From: a virus
Taxonomy: Duplodnaviria > Caudoviricetes
Direction: 5' to 3' (one strand)
IMG/VR virus record: IMGVR_UViG_3300035670_000623
Span: 1-38,014 of that record
DNA: 38,014 nucleotides
This document shows positions 19,945-27,707 of this stretch, piece by piece; position 1 is the first letter of the stretch; the number at the start of each line of letters is the position of its first letter. Below the pieces are notes generated by a model that searched no databases, was not told the DNA's origin, and was given only the letters and a program-made list of their open reading frames with translations. Both the position numbers and the translations under genes were made by a program.

Positions 19945-20327
19945 TATGGTTTCCTTATCCAGTCTATGTAAGGGTCTCCGACTTTCTCAATTTTTGATAC
20001 ATACCGCTTAATCCTGCGCTTTGCTAACTTGTTTTCTCTCTCATCCTCATCTAACCGTTCCCTGCTAAGTTTTTGCCTTTCTAAGTCTGTTAGCGGTGCT
20101 GGCTTTGGCGCATGAGGTTTATTCCCCTTCCGGTAATACTTTATCTGCTGGAACTTCTTACCTAACTTCTCAAACTTGTAGTGGCTAACGTAAAGCTGGT
20201 TAGTCTCCATTAGGTATTTCAGCCTCTCTTGCATTGCCCTGCGGACTATATGTACTGAATCACATAACTCAAATATGTTCATAGCCTTAAACTTCACTAG
20301 GCTAAGAATCTGCTCATTTTTGTCCAT
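19944..20327 (-). CDS. Basic, putative winged-HTH DNA-binding protein
   Basis: N-terminal helix pattern and K/R-rich C-terminus. Confidence 0.5.
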   Translation of the reverse strand: MDKNEQILSLVKFKAMNIFELCDSVHIVRRAMQERLKYLMETNQLYVSHYKFEKLGKKFQQIKYYRKGNKPHAPKPAPLTDLERQKLSRERLDEDERENKLAKRRIKRYVSKIEKVGDPYIDWIRKP

Positions 20328-20625
20328 CCTTGATAAATACGCCTTCCTTGTTCAAGTACCCTTTACGGTCTTTAATCTCGTTATAAGCAGCCCTTAGACA
20401 CTGCTTTACATCGACATCTTCAATAGCAGCAGCCACAATAAGACATACAAGAACGTCGCCAATTCCGTCAATAATTGCGTCTCTGTCTCGTTTAATGACC
20501 GCATCGGCTAGTTCCCCCATTTCTGAAACTGCTTTTAGAAGCTGTGTCTTAGAGTCCGAATTCCTGATGATGCCTCTAGCTTCAGCCCACCTAACGACTT
20601 CTAATTCCGTAATCTCAAAGCTCAT
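20314..20625 (-). CDS. MazG-like nucleotide pyrophosphohydrolase
   Basis: WAEARG..QLLKAVSEMGELA..IDGIGDVLV..AYNEIKDRKG motifs. Confidence 0.85.
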   Translation of the reverse strand: MSFEITELEVVRWAEARGIIRNSDSKTQLLKAVSEMGELADAVIKRDRDAIIDGIGDVLVCLIVAAAIEDVDVKQCLRAAYNEIKDRKGYLNKEGVFIKDGQK

Positions 20626-20813
20626 AAAAACTCCTCAATTTCTGCGATAGGCATATCAAAAGCCTTGTGTATTGCGATCTTTGTCTCAGCCGACACTCCG
20701 TTATGCCCGTTACGAATCTTGCTGATCGTTGGCATGGATACCCCGATGCGGATAGCCAGTTGACGGTCATTCTTGATTTCGTAGGTTTCTTTTAGATAGT
20801 CCAACAGTTTCAT
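20622..20813 (-). CDS. Small XRE/Cro-like HTH regulator
   Basis: NDRQLAIRIGVSMPTISKIRNG helix-turn-helix. Confidence 0.8.
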   Translation of the reverse strand: MKLLDYLKETYEIKNDRQLAIRIGVSMPTISKIRNGHNGVSAETKIAIHKAFDMPIAEIEEFL

Positions 20814-20831
20814 TTTTTCTCCTGAGTTAAT

Positions 20832-21013
20832 GCCCGTCTTTCCGGGCTGTCCGCATACTCACACAGAGGGAGACTTCTACCTGATAGGAGCCTGTGCGTA
20901 TGCTGCGTAGGTTATATGCGCCACCTATCGCTGGGCTAACGGGTGAGGTACTCATTACACTGGTTCTATCCTTGACGATTTGTTAATCGAAAAGCCAATG
21001 TAACTTTCCCTCA
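20832..21013 (-). ncRNA. Cluster of four hairpins in the leftward-operon intergenic region (candidate structured RNA)
   Basis: Stems at 20832-20847, 20853-20903, 20905-20931 and 20944-21013; the last has a GAAA/AGUA loop-E-like internal loop on the minus strand. Confidence 0.5.
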
Positions 21014-21019
21014 TTTAAC

Positions 21020-21259
21020 CTATGTTGGAAACTCTATTTTTAATGGCTCTACGAATCCTGCCATTGGTATTACTGATCTTGGTTGATGATAAAACTGACG
21101 ATTCTCGATAGAGTGCTTATTTAAGAAACGCTCTGGAGATTCAAGTTTTAACTGTTCAATGGTTTTTTCTAGTTCGTGATTTGTCGTAGATTGATACTCC
21201 TCGCCAATCTTAGGTCTGACGGTAGCTTTTAAGCGTGATTGCTGTTGTTCTGTAAACAT
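21020..21259 (-). CDS. Hypothetical protein
   Basis: ORF with AAGGAG RBS downstream of ssb. Confidence 0.65.
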   Translation of the reverse strand: MFTEQQQSRLKATVRPKIGEEYQSTTNHELEKTIEQLKLESPERFLNKHSIENRQFYHQPRSVIPMAGFVEPLKIEFPT

Positions 21260-21268
21260 TGTGTCTCC

Positions 21269-21676
21269 TTAAAACGGCGTATCACTAAGGTCATCGTCTT
21301 GAAGCTCTACTTTCTTTGGTTGTTGCTTTGGCTCTTTATTTTCTCCCTTTCCAAGCATTTGCATAAAGTCGCAGTTAATACCATAACTAACACGCTCAAT
21401 ACCTTCTTTGTCTATGTACTTATTGCTTTTAATCTTTCCTTCAATATATACCTCAGAACCTTTAGTAAGGTACTGCTGTGCTATTTCTGCAAGTTTCCCG
21501 AACGCAGTTATTCTGTGCCATTCAGTTGATTGCTTTTTTTCCTTAGTGACTTTATCTGTCCATTTCTCATTTGTTGCTATGCTAAATGTGGCTACTGAAT
21601 CTCCGCTGCTTTGATAGCGTATCTCTGGGTCTTTGCCAAGAGTTCCAAGTAAAATTACTTTGTTTACTGATGCCAT
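21269..21676 (-). CDS. ssb: Single-stranded DNA-binding protein
   Basis: SVNKVILLGTLGKDPEIRY, TEWHRI, acidic tail ending DTPF. Confidence 0.95.
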   Translation of the reverse strand: MASVNKVILLGTLGKDPEIRYQSSGDSVATFSIATNEKWTDKVTKEKKQSTEWHRITAFGKLAEIAQQYLTKGSEVYIEGKIKSNKYIDKEGIERVSYGINCDFMQMLGKGENKEPKQQPKKVELQDDDLSDTPF

Positions 21677-21678
21677 AT

Positions 21679-22332
21679 TTACCCCTTAGTAAATTTCTTG
21701 ATTGCACTACGTTGCTTGCTATCCAACTGTGACCAGAGTGCAGTCTTCCAGTCTGCATCTAGCTCCAGAGAATTGATATACTCCACAGCCTCAGATACCT
21801 GATCCTTGTGAATCAGCATAATTACATCGGCTGCATAGCTTTTGATTTCTTCCTGTGACTGTTCGTCTAACGTATCGAATACGTCTTTCGTTACAGGCTT
21901 AGATGACTTAGGTTCTTCTGCACCAGTGGTCGCGTCTAATGCGTCATGCTCACAGATAGCCAGAGCCATAACGAGAAGATAACGAGTAATGTAGGTAATC
22001 GATGCGCCTAGATTCTGAACTTCATGGCAACCCTTGAGTTGAGCCGAAGCCATAGGGCAGGTGAACTTAGCGCATCCACCATCCTCAGTGTCAATAACGC
22101 GCATTGTCGCTAAGTCGCTGGTGAACTCTAGCGTATGGCAGAGCTTTAATTCAGCAAATATTGAGTTGACTGTAGGCAGGAAATCGGTCAGTTCAAAGTA
22201 GCGATACCCTGCGAACTTGTTGTGTCCTGACTTCTTTAGCTCGATATTCTGGAGCTTGACTCTGGCTTTCTGTAGCTTTTCATACACAAGCCACTGGCGA
22301 TGCTCCTCTTGCTCCTTTTGATTGTTCATCAT
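21679..22332 (-). CDS. erf: ERF-family single-strand annealing recombinase
   Basis: KSGHNKFAGYRYFELTD and QNLGASITYITRY motifs; adjacent to ssb. Confidence 0.8.
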   Translation of the reverse strand: MMNNQKEQEEHRQWLVYEKLQKARVKLQNIELKKSGHNKFAGYRYFELTDFLPTVNSIFAELKLCHTLEFTSDLATMRVIDTEDGGCAKFTCPMASAQLKGCHEVQNLGASITYITRYLLVMALAICEHDALDATTGAEEPKSSKPVTKDVFDTLDEQSQEEIKSYAADVIMLIHKDQVSEAVEYINSLELDADWKTALWSQLDSKQRSAIKKFTKG

Positions 22333-22509
22333 TTATCCCTTAGCGAATTTTTTATTGAAAATAATATTGTTAGGTTGTGCTGCCTGAATAGTCTGTACCT
22401 TTGTAGCCTCCTTTTGCTCCTTTCTAATGCGATCAAAAGTCTTACGAATATTCGTTTTAGTTGACGGAACATACTTAAACTCTTTGTCTAGGATGCAGGG
22501 AAATGTCAT
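22333..22509 (-). CDS. 58-aa basic hypothetical protein (not in ORF track)
   Basis: MTFPCILDKEFKYVPSTKTNIRKTFDRIRKEQ...; ATGA overlap upstream and abuts the erf start. Confidence 0.7.
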   Translation of the reverse strand: MTFPCILDKEFKYVPSTKTNIRKTFDRIRKEQKEATKVQTIQAAQPNNIIFNKKFAKG

Positions 22510-22613
22510 AAGTTATCCAGTAGCATAGAAAGGATGAATATTGCCACGATTACCCACAGGGCATGACGGTCAATGAAGTCCGCTAGTTTATCGTCTGGAT
22601 TAAATAGTTTCAT
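22506..22613 (-). CDS. 35-aa single-pass membrane microprotein (not in ORF track)
   Basis: MKLFNPDDKLADFIDRHALWVIVAIFILSMLLDNL; AGGAG RBS; ATGA overlaps on both sides. Confidence 0.65.
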   Translation of the reverse strand: MKLFNPDDKLADFIDRHALWVIVAIFILSMLLDNL

Positions 22614-22936
22614 GCTTGGCTCCTAAAGTGTTCTTCTGCTTCCCGGTCTTTGCGTTCCTGATACAGCCTGTCTTGATGCTCCATATACTCATCTTCTGCG
22701 GTTGGCTGGTAAGGCGGTAGTCGCTGCTCCTTAACGATACGGTCAATCATTCCGACTAGAAACCGCTGCATACCATCCTTGAGTGCGTCTGCGTCTTTTT
22801 GATGTCTTGACCAGACAAACAGAAGTTCGCTAAATTCTTCCTCAATGCTTGCAGCATCCATGTGGCACAAAACATCGTTAGGATGTCCGTCAAGCAGCTC
22901 CGAGATCAGGTATTGTTCAAACTCTTGGTCATTCAT
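22610..22936 (-). CDS. Acidic hypothetical protein, first gene of the leftward operon
   Basis: ORF track; TAGGGA RBS. Confidence 0.7.
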   Translation of the reverse strand: MNDQEFEQYLISELLDGHPNDVLCHMDAASIEEEFSELLFVWSRHQKDADALKDGMQRFLVGMIDRIVKEQRLPPYQPTAEDEYMEHQDRLYQERKDREAEEHFRSQA

Positions 22937-22966
22937 ATTTATTCCCTAGTGAGTTACCGCTTCGAA

Positions 22967-23040
22967 ATAGTGCCACAGATCAACAGGTTAGTGCAAATAT
23001 ATTTCTATTAGTAAATGTAAACCTATAGAAACATTCTATT
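22967..23040 (-). promoter_or_regulatory. Leftward promoter with upstream AT-rich ATAG-repeat block
   Basis: On minus: TTGCAC-18 nt-(TGn)CACTAT. The upstream block is homologous to 27722-27770. Confidence 0.55.
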
Positions 23041-23161
23041 ACCAAACGTCAACATTCTGCGATAATGAAATACGAAAAATACTTAAAACAATTGCAAGAA
23101 ACTAAGACTAAGCCGGATAAACAGCCGGAAGTTAGAAAAACAACACCACGAGGGCAGACCA

Positions 23162-23338
23162 TTGAAAGACGATCATTCAAAATCCTTAGTAGCAACGTCA
23201 AGCGGCAAAACTGGAACGACTAAGACCTATAACTTTGGTCTACGGTACTGCGCTGGATGTAAGCGATCCAGATCAGCGATTCAGTTCGGCAACCTAGAGA
23301 TTTGCAAGATTTGCCAATTACGAAACGTTAAGGTATAG
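23162..23338 (+). CDS. 58-aa zinc-finger microprotein (not in ORF track)
   Basis: TTG start after GAGGG; ...RYCAGCKRSRSAIQFGNLEICKICQLRNVKV has two CxxC pairs. Confidence 0.6.
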   Translation: MKDDHSKSLVATSSGKTGTTKTYNFGLRYCAGCKRSRSAIQFGNLEICKICQLRNVKV

Positions 23339-23339
23339 T
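23311..23339 (+). promoter_or_regulatory. Sigma70-type promoter for RNA element 1 and the replication operon
   Basis: TTGCCA-17 nt-TATAGT; the predicted start site falls at the 5' hairpin. Confidence 0.7.
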
Positions 23340-23343
23340 TTTA

Positions 23344-23450
23344 ATCGTGCTTGGCAGCGCGATAACAGGTAAGCCCTAGAAGGGACTCTGCTGGTTACCT
23401 ACCAGTCTGCCAACACCTTAATCGGTGAGAGTCTCTCCTAGGGCTTTTTT
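23344..23450 (+). ncRNA. C4/CI-antisense-like RNA element 1
   Basis: 5' hairpin with loop TTGGCA. Three-way junction closed by AAGCCCTAG/CTAGGGCTT plus a U-tract; its junction strand CTGCCAA is complementary to the loop. Confidence 0.75.
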
Positions 23451-23465
23451 CGTTTGGAGAAAGCT

Positions 23466-23684
23466 ATGTTGAAATTTCGTGGATCAGAAGGATTAGAGGT
23501 TTACATTAGCGACGTAGGTTGCTTAGTATTAAAGCAAGAAAGTTTTGAGTTTGGCAAGGAAGTATCTGTCGTTTTGACCCCTGAACAGGCTTGGCACGTT
23601 AAACAGTTGATTGACGATTTTCACGAGGAAATGGTCAACGAATGGAACGAAGGTCTGATTCAGGAGGATCAAGAAAATGCCTAA
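23466..23684 (+). CDS. Acidic hypothetical protein
   Basis: ATG at 23466 after GGAG; overlaps the replication gene start. Confidence 0.65.
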   Translation: MLKFRGSEGLEVYISDVGCLVLKQESFEFGKEVSVVLTPEQAWHVKQLIDDFHEEMVNEWNEGLIQEDQENA

Positions 23685-24384
23685 ACGTCCATCATTCCAA
23701 TTTTATCCCTCCGATTGGCTACGGGATACAGCACTAAGGTCATGCTCAACAGGAGCCAGAGGTCTATGGATAGACATGATCTGTTTTATGCACGAAGGTA
23801 ATCCTTACGGACACTTGAAGGTTGGGGATAAGGTTATCCTTCCAGACAACCTTGCCCGTATGGTTGGGGAAACCTTAGAGGTTGTTGAAGGTTGGCTTAA
23901 AGAGTTACATCATGCAGGAGTGTATGACCTTGCTGACGATGGGACTATTTGTAGCCGCAGGATGATACGAGATGAAAACCTTAGACAAATCAGAGCGTTA
24001 GGTGGAAAACTTGGTGGTAATCCTGCTCTAATGAAGGATGATAAGGTTAACCTTAAGGTTATCCAAGAGGTTAAGCAAAATCCAACCCCTTCATCTTCAT
24101 CTTCATCTTCATCTTCAAAAGAACAATATAACGAGCATTTTTTGAAATTCTGGAATGTCTATCCAAACAAGAAAGCTAAGGAAGCTGGATGGAAAGCATT
24201 TAAGAAATTAAAAGCTGATGAAACATTTGTTTCTATGTTGATAAATGCTGTTCGTGAACAAGGATTGCTATCCAAAGATGTTCAATACGTTCCTCATGCG
24301 TCAACGTGGCTGAATGGCAAACGATGGGAAGACGAAATCACTAAACCTAACGTTGATGTTTCTATGGGGAGACGGGTTCTATGA
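23677..24384 (+). CDS. Phage replication initiator protein
   Basis: FQFYPSDWL N-terminal domain, poly-Ser linker, C-terminal FWNVYPNK..K...HASTWLNGKRWEDE. Confidence 0.8.
   Translation: MPKRPSFQFYPSDWLRDTALRSCSTGARGLWIDMICFMHEGNPYGHLKVGDKVILPDNLARMVGETLEVVEGWLKELHHAGVYDLADDGTICSRRMIRDENLRQIRALGGKLGGNPALMKDDKVNLKVIQEVKQNPTPSSSSSSSSSKEQYNEHFLKFWNVYPNKKAKEAGWKAFKKLKADETFVSMLINAVREQGLLSKDVQYVPHASTWLNGKRWEDEITKPNVDVSMGRRVL
24042..24117. repeat. Iteron-like AGGTTA repeats/palindromes and (TCATCT)n tract; candidate origin
   Basis: AGGTTA at 24044, 24056 and 24068; palindrome TAAGGTTAACCTTA at 24042-24055; TCATCT repeats at 24091-24117. Confidence 0.5.
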
Positions 24385-24809
24385 TTGGAGACTTGCTAAA
24401 CAAACTCGAAAAGGTGCGCGGTTCTAAAGGTCGCTGGACTGCTTGTTGTCCTGCTCATGGTGACAAATCACCAAGCCTTGCCATAACGGAAACTGATGAC
24501 GGTCGAATCCTGCTCAAGTGCTTTGCCGGATGTTCAGCGCATCAAATCGTTGAAGCGGTTGGAATGGACTTGACAGACCTATTTCCTAACGACAACAATT
24601 TAGACCGATTAAAGGCAAACCATATCAACAAACCTGTAAGGAGACCGTTTTACGCAACAGACCTGCTGAAAATAATCCAATTTGAGGCACTTATTACGTC
24701 CATAGCGGCGTTTGACGTAAGCGAGGGTAGGGAAGTATCAGCCGAGGATAGAAAACGGCTTAAAACGGCTCTATCCAGAATTAACGAAGCAGTAAGTTAC
24801 ATTAACTAG
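24381..24809 (+). CDS. Primase-type CHC2 zinc-finger protein (no TOPRIM domain)
   Basis: CCPAHGDKSPSL...LLKCFAGC; only 142 aa. Confidence 0.8.
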   Translation: MIGDLLNKLEKVRGSKGRWTACCPAHGDKSPSLAITETDDGRILLKCFAGCSAHQIVEAVGMDLTDLFPNDNNLDRLKANHINKPVRRPFYATDLLKIIQFEALITSIAAFDVSEGREVSAEDRKRLKTALSRINEAVSYIN

Positions 24810-24817
24810 GGGAAACT

Positions 24818-25204
24818 ATGACTATCACACTAACCCGCGAGGAAGCGCAGCAAGTGCTGGATGCGTTGGACGAGGTTTTTGACCATAATTATTGGCAATC
24901 TTATGAAACAGCAGTTTATTTGCTCCGCGCCAGACTTGCGCAGCCTGAACCGGAGCCGGTGGCTTGGGCAGATAAGTACGACATTGACCGAGAAGGGCAT
25001 GACTTCCATGTAAGCCGACAACAACCAGCAAAAGATGGAGCGCCACTCTACACCGCCCCACCACAGCGCGAATGGCATGGGCTGACGGATAAGGAAATGG
25101 AATATTTGTACGAGCAACACCACAACCAGTATGGCGAATGTGAATCAGTATGGTATGGATATGAACGAGCCATCGAAGCCAAGTTGAAGGAGAAGAACAC
25201 TTGA
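24818..25204 (+). CDS. Hypothetical phage protein (EPVAW / PLYTAP / W.GLTD module family)
   Basis: Motifs PEPVAW, PLYTAPPQREWHGLTDKE, RAIEAKLKEKN. Confidence 0.7.
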   Translation: MTITLTREEAQQVLDALDEVFDHNYWQSYETAVYLLRARLAQPEPEPVAWADKYDIDREGHDFHVSRQQPAKDGAPLYTAPPQREWHGLTDKEMEYLYEQHHNQYGECESVWYGYERAIEAKLKEKNT

Positions 25205-25479
25205 CTATCGAGCTAACGAGAGATGAGGCTGAGGAGCTACTAAAGATTCTAAAGCTGATGTACACAAACCATGCCCTAACGAAAGCCCTTGCTGATCGAC
25301 TAGCCGGAGAACCGCTGATTGAGTTTCCGAAAGAGCCTGAGCCAGAGGAGCCGGTTGCGGAATGGAAAGACTTATCTACCGCAGAGGTTAAGGCTATCTG
25401 GAACCTAACGAAAAAGCCTAGCGAGTTCGCGGCGATGCTATTGGCAAAGATTAAGGAGAGAAATGACATTCTTCGATGA
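25201..25479 (+). CDS. Hypothetical protein, paralogous to the upstream gene
   Basis: MTIELTRDEA..PEEPVAEWKDLS..LAKIKERN parallels the 24818 ORF. Confidence 0.7.
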   Translation: MTIELTRDEAEELLKILKLMYTNHALTKALADRLAGEPLIEFPKEPEPEEPVAEWKDLSTAEVKAIWNLTKKPSEFAAMLLAKIKERNDILR

Positions 25480-25882
25480 CCTAAAGCGTGGTGTAGCCAT
25501 CGAGATGCAGGTGCTTGCAAGTATCCGTAAAAAGTATCCATGCGCTACGTTGATTGAAGGCTACAAGGGTTACGACATCTGGATACCGGAGACAGGCACA
25601 GGGGTTGAGGTGAAGTACGATCCGATGTCTAAAGAGACAGGTAATTTGGTTGTTGAGGTCGAGATGTCTGGTAATGCATCGGCATTACTAGCAACCGAGG
25701 CTAAGTGGTGGGTTTTTTACGATGGTGACGTTTTTTTATGGGTCAGACCTAGAGACATTATTCACTGCATTATCGAGAATAAATTGGTATATGTAGAGTT
25801 TGTAGGTGCTGGAGATCGGAACAAAAAGAAAGCGTTTTTGATTAAAAAAGAACTACTGTTCAAATATGGGGAGAAACGATGA
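25463..25882 (+). CDS. Putative PD-(D/E)XK nuclease
   Basis: E..YDIW..VEVKYD..GNLVVEVE pattern. Confidence 0.6.
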   Translation: MTFFDDLKRGVAIEMQVLASIRKKYPCATLIEGYKGYDIWIPETGTGVEVKYDPMSKETGNLVVEVEMSGNASALLATEAKWWVFYDGDVFLWVRPRDIIHCIIENKLVYVEFVGAGDRNKKKAFLIKKELLFKYGEKR

Positions 25883-26877
25883 GCATTGAAGCAAGGGCGA
25901 TAGAACTGGACGAGGCTAGGAAAGCCCGAATCCTGAAATCGGAAACCATTGACGTTGAGAAGTACCTTCACGCTAATGATGTGACGATCCGGGTAAGGAA
26001 GGCTAGGGATTGGCTGGAGTCAGTTAAAGAATCCTACCTATCGGAAACGGTCGAGCGAAAAGTTGTTATGCCTTGGACTAAGACGCATGATTCCTTTGCC
26101 TATCGTGATGGCGAGGTAACGGTTTACGCTGGTTCTAACGGTGGCGGAAAATCTTTAATCACTGGTCAAATCGCGCTGCACTTGGTTAAGCAGGGTCAAT
26201 CGGTTTGTATAGCGTCATTCGAGATGAAGCCAGAGAGGACTCTACAACGGATGCTCCGACAGTTCTCCGGTGAATCGCTGGATGATCCTTTGACTCACGA
26301 TAGGGCAGGATTTATAACGAAGATGGTTGATAGGATGGAGTCGTTCTTGTCCGACAAGATGTACCTGTACGACCAGCAGGGAACTACGTCACCAGAGAAG
26401 GTGATTGCAATGTCAAGGTACTGCGCCACAGAGCTAGGCGTTAAGCACATCATCATCGACAGCCTAATGAAGTGCGTTAAGAACGAGGATGACTTTAACG
26501 GGCAGAAGTCTTTTATCGACGAGCTAACGGCACTAGCGAGAGATCATAACGTCCATGTTCACCTAGTACACCATATCCGCAAGCAGCAGACGGACGAGAC
26601 ACAGCCGAACAAGAATGACCTAAAAGGGTCTGGAAGTATCTCAGATCAGGTGGATAACGTCTTTTTGGTGTGGCGCAACAAGAAGAAGGAAAACGCTAAG
26701 AACCGGGGTGAGCAGATAGACGAGACTCAGCCGGATACTTACCTAATGTGCGAGAAGCAGCGGAACGGTGACGGTCAGGAATGGTACGGACTTTGGTACG
26801 ACAGTCTAAGCCAGCAATTTGTGGAGAGGATAGGGGCGAGAATTGACTTTGACAACCGAGGAAGTTTTAGAGCATAG
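25879..26877 (+). CDS. SF4 (DnaB/T7 gp4-like) replicative helicase
   Basis: Walker A AGSNGGGKS, SFEM, IIIDSL, LVHHIRK, LKGSGSI, KQR. Confidence 0.9.
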   Translation: MSIEARAIELDEARKARILKSETIDVEKYLHANDVTIRVRKARDWLESVKESYLSETVERKVVMPWTKTHDSFAYRDGEVTVYAGSNGGGKSLITGQIALHLVKQGQSVCIASFEMKPERTLQRMLRQFSGESLDDPLTHDRAGFITKMVDRMESFLSDKMYLYDQQGTTSPEKVIAMSRYCATELGVKHIIIDSLMKCVKNEDDFNGQKSFIDELTALARDHNVHVHLVHHIRKQQTDETQPNKNDLKGSGSISDQVDNVFLVWRNKKKENAKNRGEQIDETQPDTYLMCEKQRNGDGQEWYGLWYDSLSQQFVERIGARIDFDNRGSFRA

Positions 26878-27061
26878 GCATCGTTGTGAAGTTCGCGCTG
26901 TATTAGCTTGGAGAGTAGAGGATAGGGGTAAGGCGATGAGCTACCTATCTTTGGTCAGGCAGAAGCGAGGCGATCAAGCTGCGGATAGGTTAGAGAAAGA
27001 TTGCCGGACTCAGTGGGAACGTGGGAACCGAGGCGAGAAAGGGGATTGGCGTGGTCTATAA
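26843..27061 (+). CDS. Hypothetical protein
   Basis: HRHRCEVRAVLAWR; overlaps both neighbours. Confidence 0.6.
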   Translation: MTLTTEEVLEHRHRCEVRAVLAWRVEDRGKAMSYLSLVRQKRGDQAADRLEKDCRTQWERGNRGEKGDWRGL

Positions 27062-27332
27062 ACGGGTGGATTCCAATCAAGTCGAGATTGTCAAAGAGTT
27101 AAGACGCTTAGGTATGGAGGTCGAGCATCTCCACGGGGTAGGCAAGGGCTGTCCTGACATCTTAGTAGGCTGGAAGGGCAAAAACGTCCTGCTGGAGATA
27201 AAACGGGATGAGAAAGCCAAACTAACCCCAGATCAGGTGCTATGGCATTGCTCATGGAAAGGGCAGGTAACTGTTGTCAGTAACGTAATTGACGCGATAA
27301 AAGCGGTGAAAGAGGTTTGCAGGGTTGACTGA
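27051..27332 (+). CDS. VRR-NUC-like PD-(D/E)XK nuclease / resolvase
   Basis: RVDSNQ..GKGCPDILVG..LLEIK..LTPDQ; GTG at 27051 after AAGGGG is preferred. Confidence 0.75.
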   Translation: MVYKRVDSNQVEIVKELRRLGMEVEHLHGVGKGCPDILVGWKGKNVLLEIKRDEKAKLTPDQVLWHCSWKGQVTVVSNVIDAIKAVKEVCRVD

Positions 27333-27353
27333 TACTGTCCAAATAGGTACTAT
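27325..27353 (+). promoter_or_regulatory. Sigma70-type promoter for RNA element 2
   Basis: TTGACT-17 nt-TACTAT; the predicted start site (~27360) falls at the 5' hairpin. Confidence 0.75.
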
Positions 27354-27359
27354 GGTCTT

Positions 27360-27468
27360 GTCTATGTGACGGCGTAGATGAGCTAAAGCCCTTAAAGCTT
27401 TGGTTTTCCTCCCTTAAGTGGGAAACGTGCCGTCACACGTGGAAAGCCAAGACTTTAGGGGCTTTTTT
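27360..27468 (+). ncRNA. C4/CI-like kissing-loop RNA element 2
   Basis: Loops TGACGG (27367-72) and CCGTCA (27430-35); ~24-bp closing stem followed by a U-tract. Confidence 0.75.
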
Positions 27469-27475
27469 GCGTTTA

Positions 27476-27707
27476 GACCGTACTGGTCGCGTTAGAAATG
27501 AACCCATGTTCGGGGTTGCTGCCAAGGAAACCGAGTGCGCTTTATTGACAGGACGGCGCAGCAGACTTGCTACAGGTACTTGCACGAACAAGGCAGAACG
27601 GTTGATATACGGATGAGCCACGATACGGTTGCCTTGGAAGATGAATGTAGCCACGAGAGTGATTAGCCAGTGTGGGAAGTGGTTGAATATCAACCCCTCG
27701 TCCTGTC
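27476..27707 (+). ncRNA. Candidate ~250-nt structured non-coding RNA
   Basis: Nested stems GACAGGACG/CGTCCTGTC, GCTACA/TGTAGC and CAAGGCA/TGCCTTG plus local hairpins; no credible ORF. Confidence 0.5.

Noticed and set aside
19562-23340. Lysogeny module
   Set aside because: No integrase, ParA or peptidase-containing repressor was recognised, so the lifestyle cannot be determined from this sequence.
27518-27525. GCTGCCAA complementary to the element-1 leader TTGGCAGC (possible cross-talk in trans)
   Set aside because: An 8-mer match is expected by chance about once in a genome this size. It is worth revisiting only if conserved in relatives.
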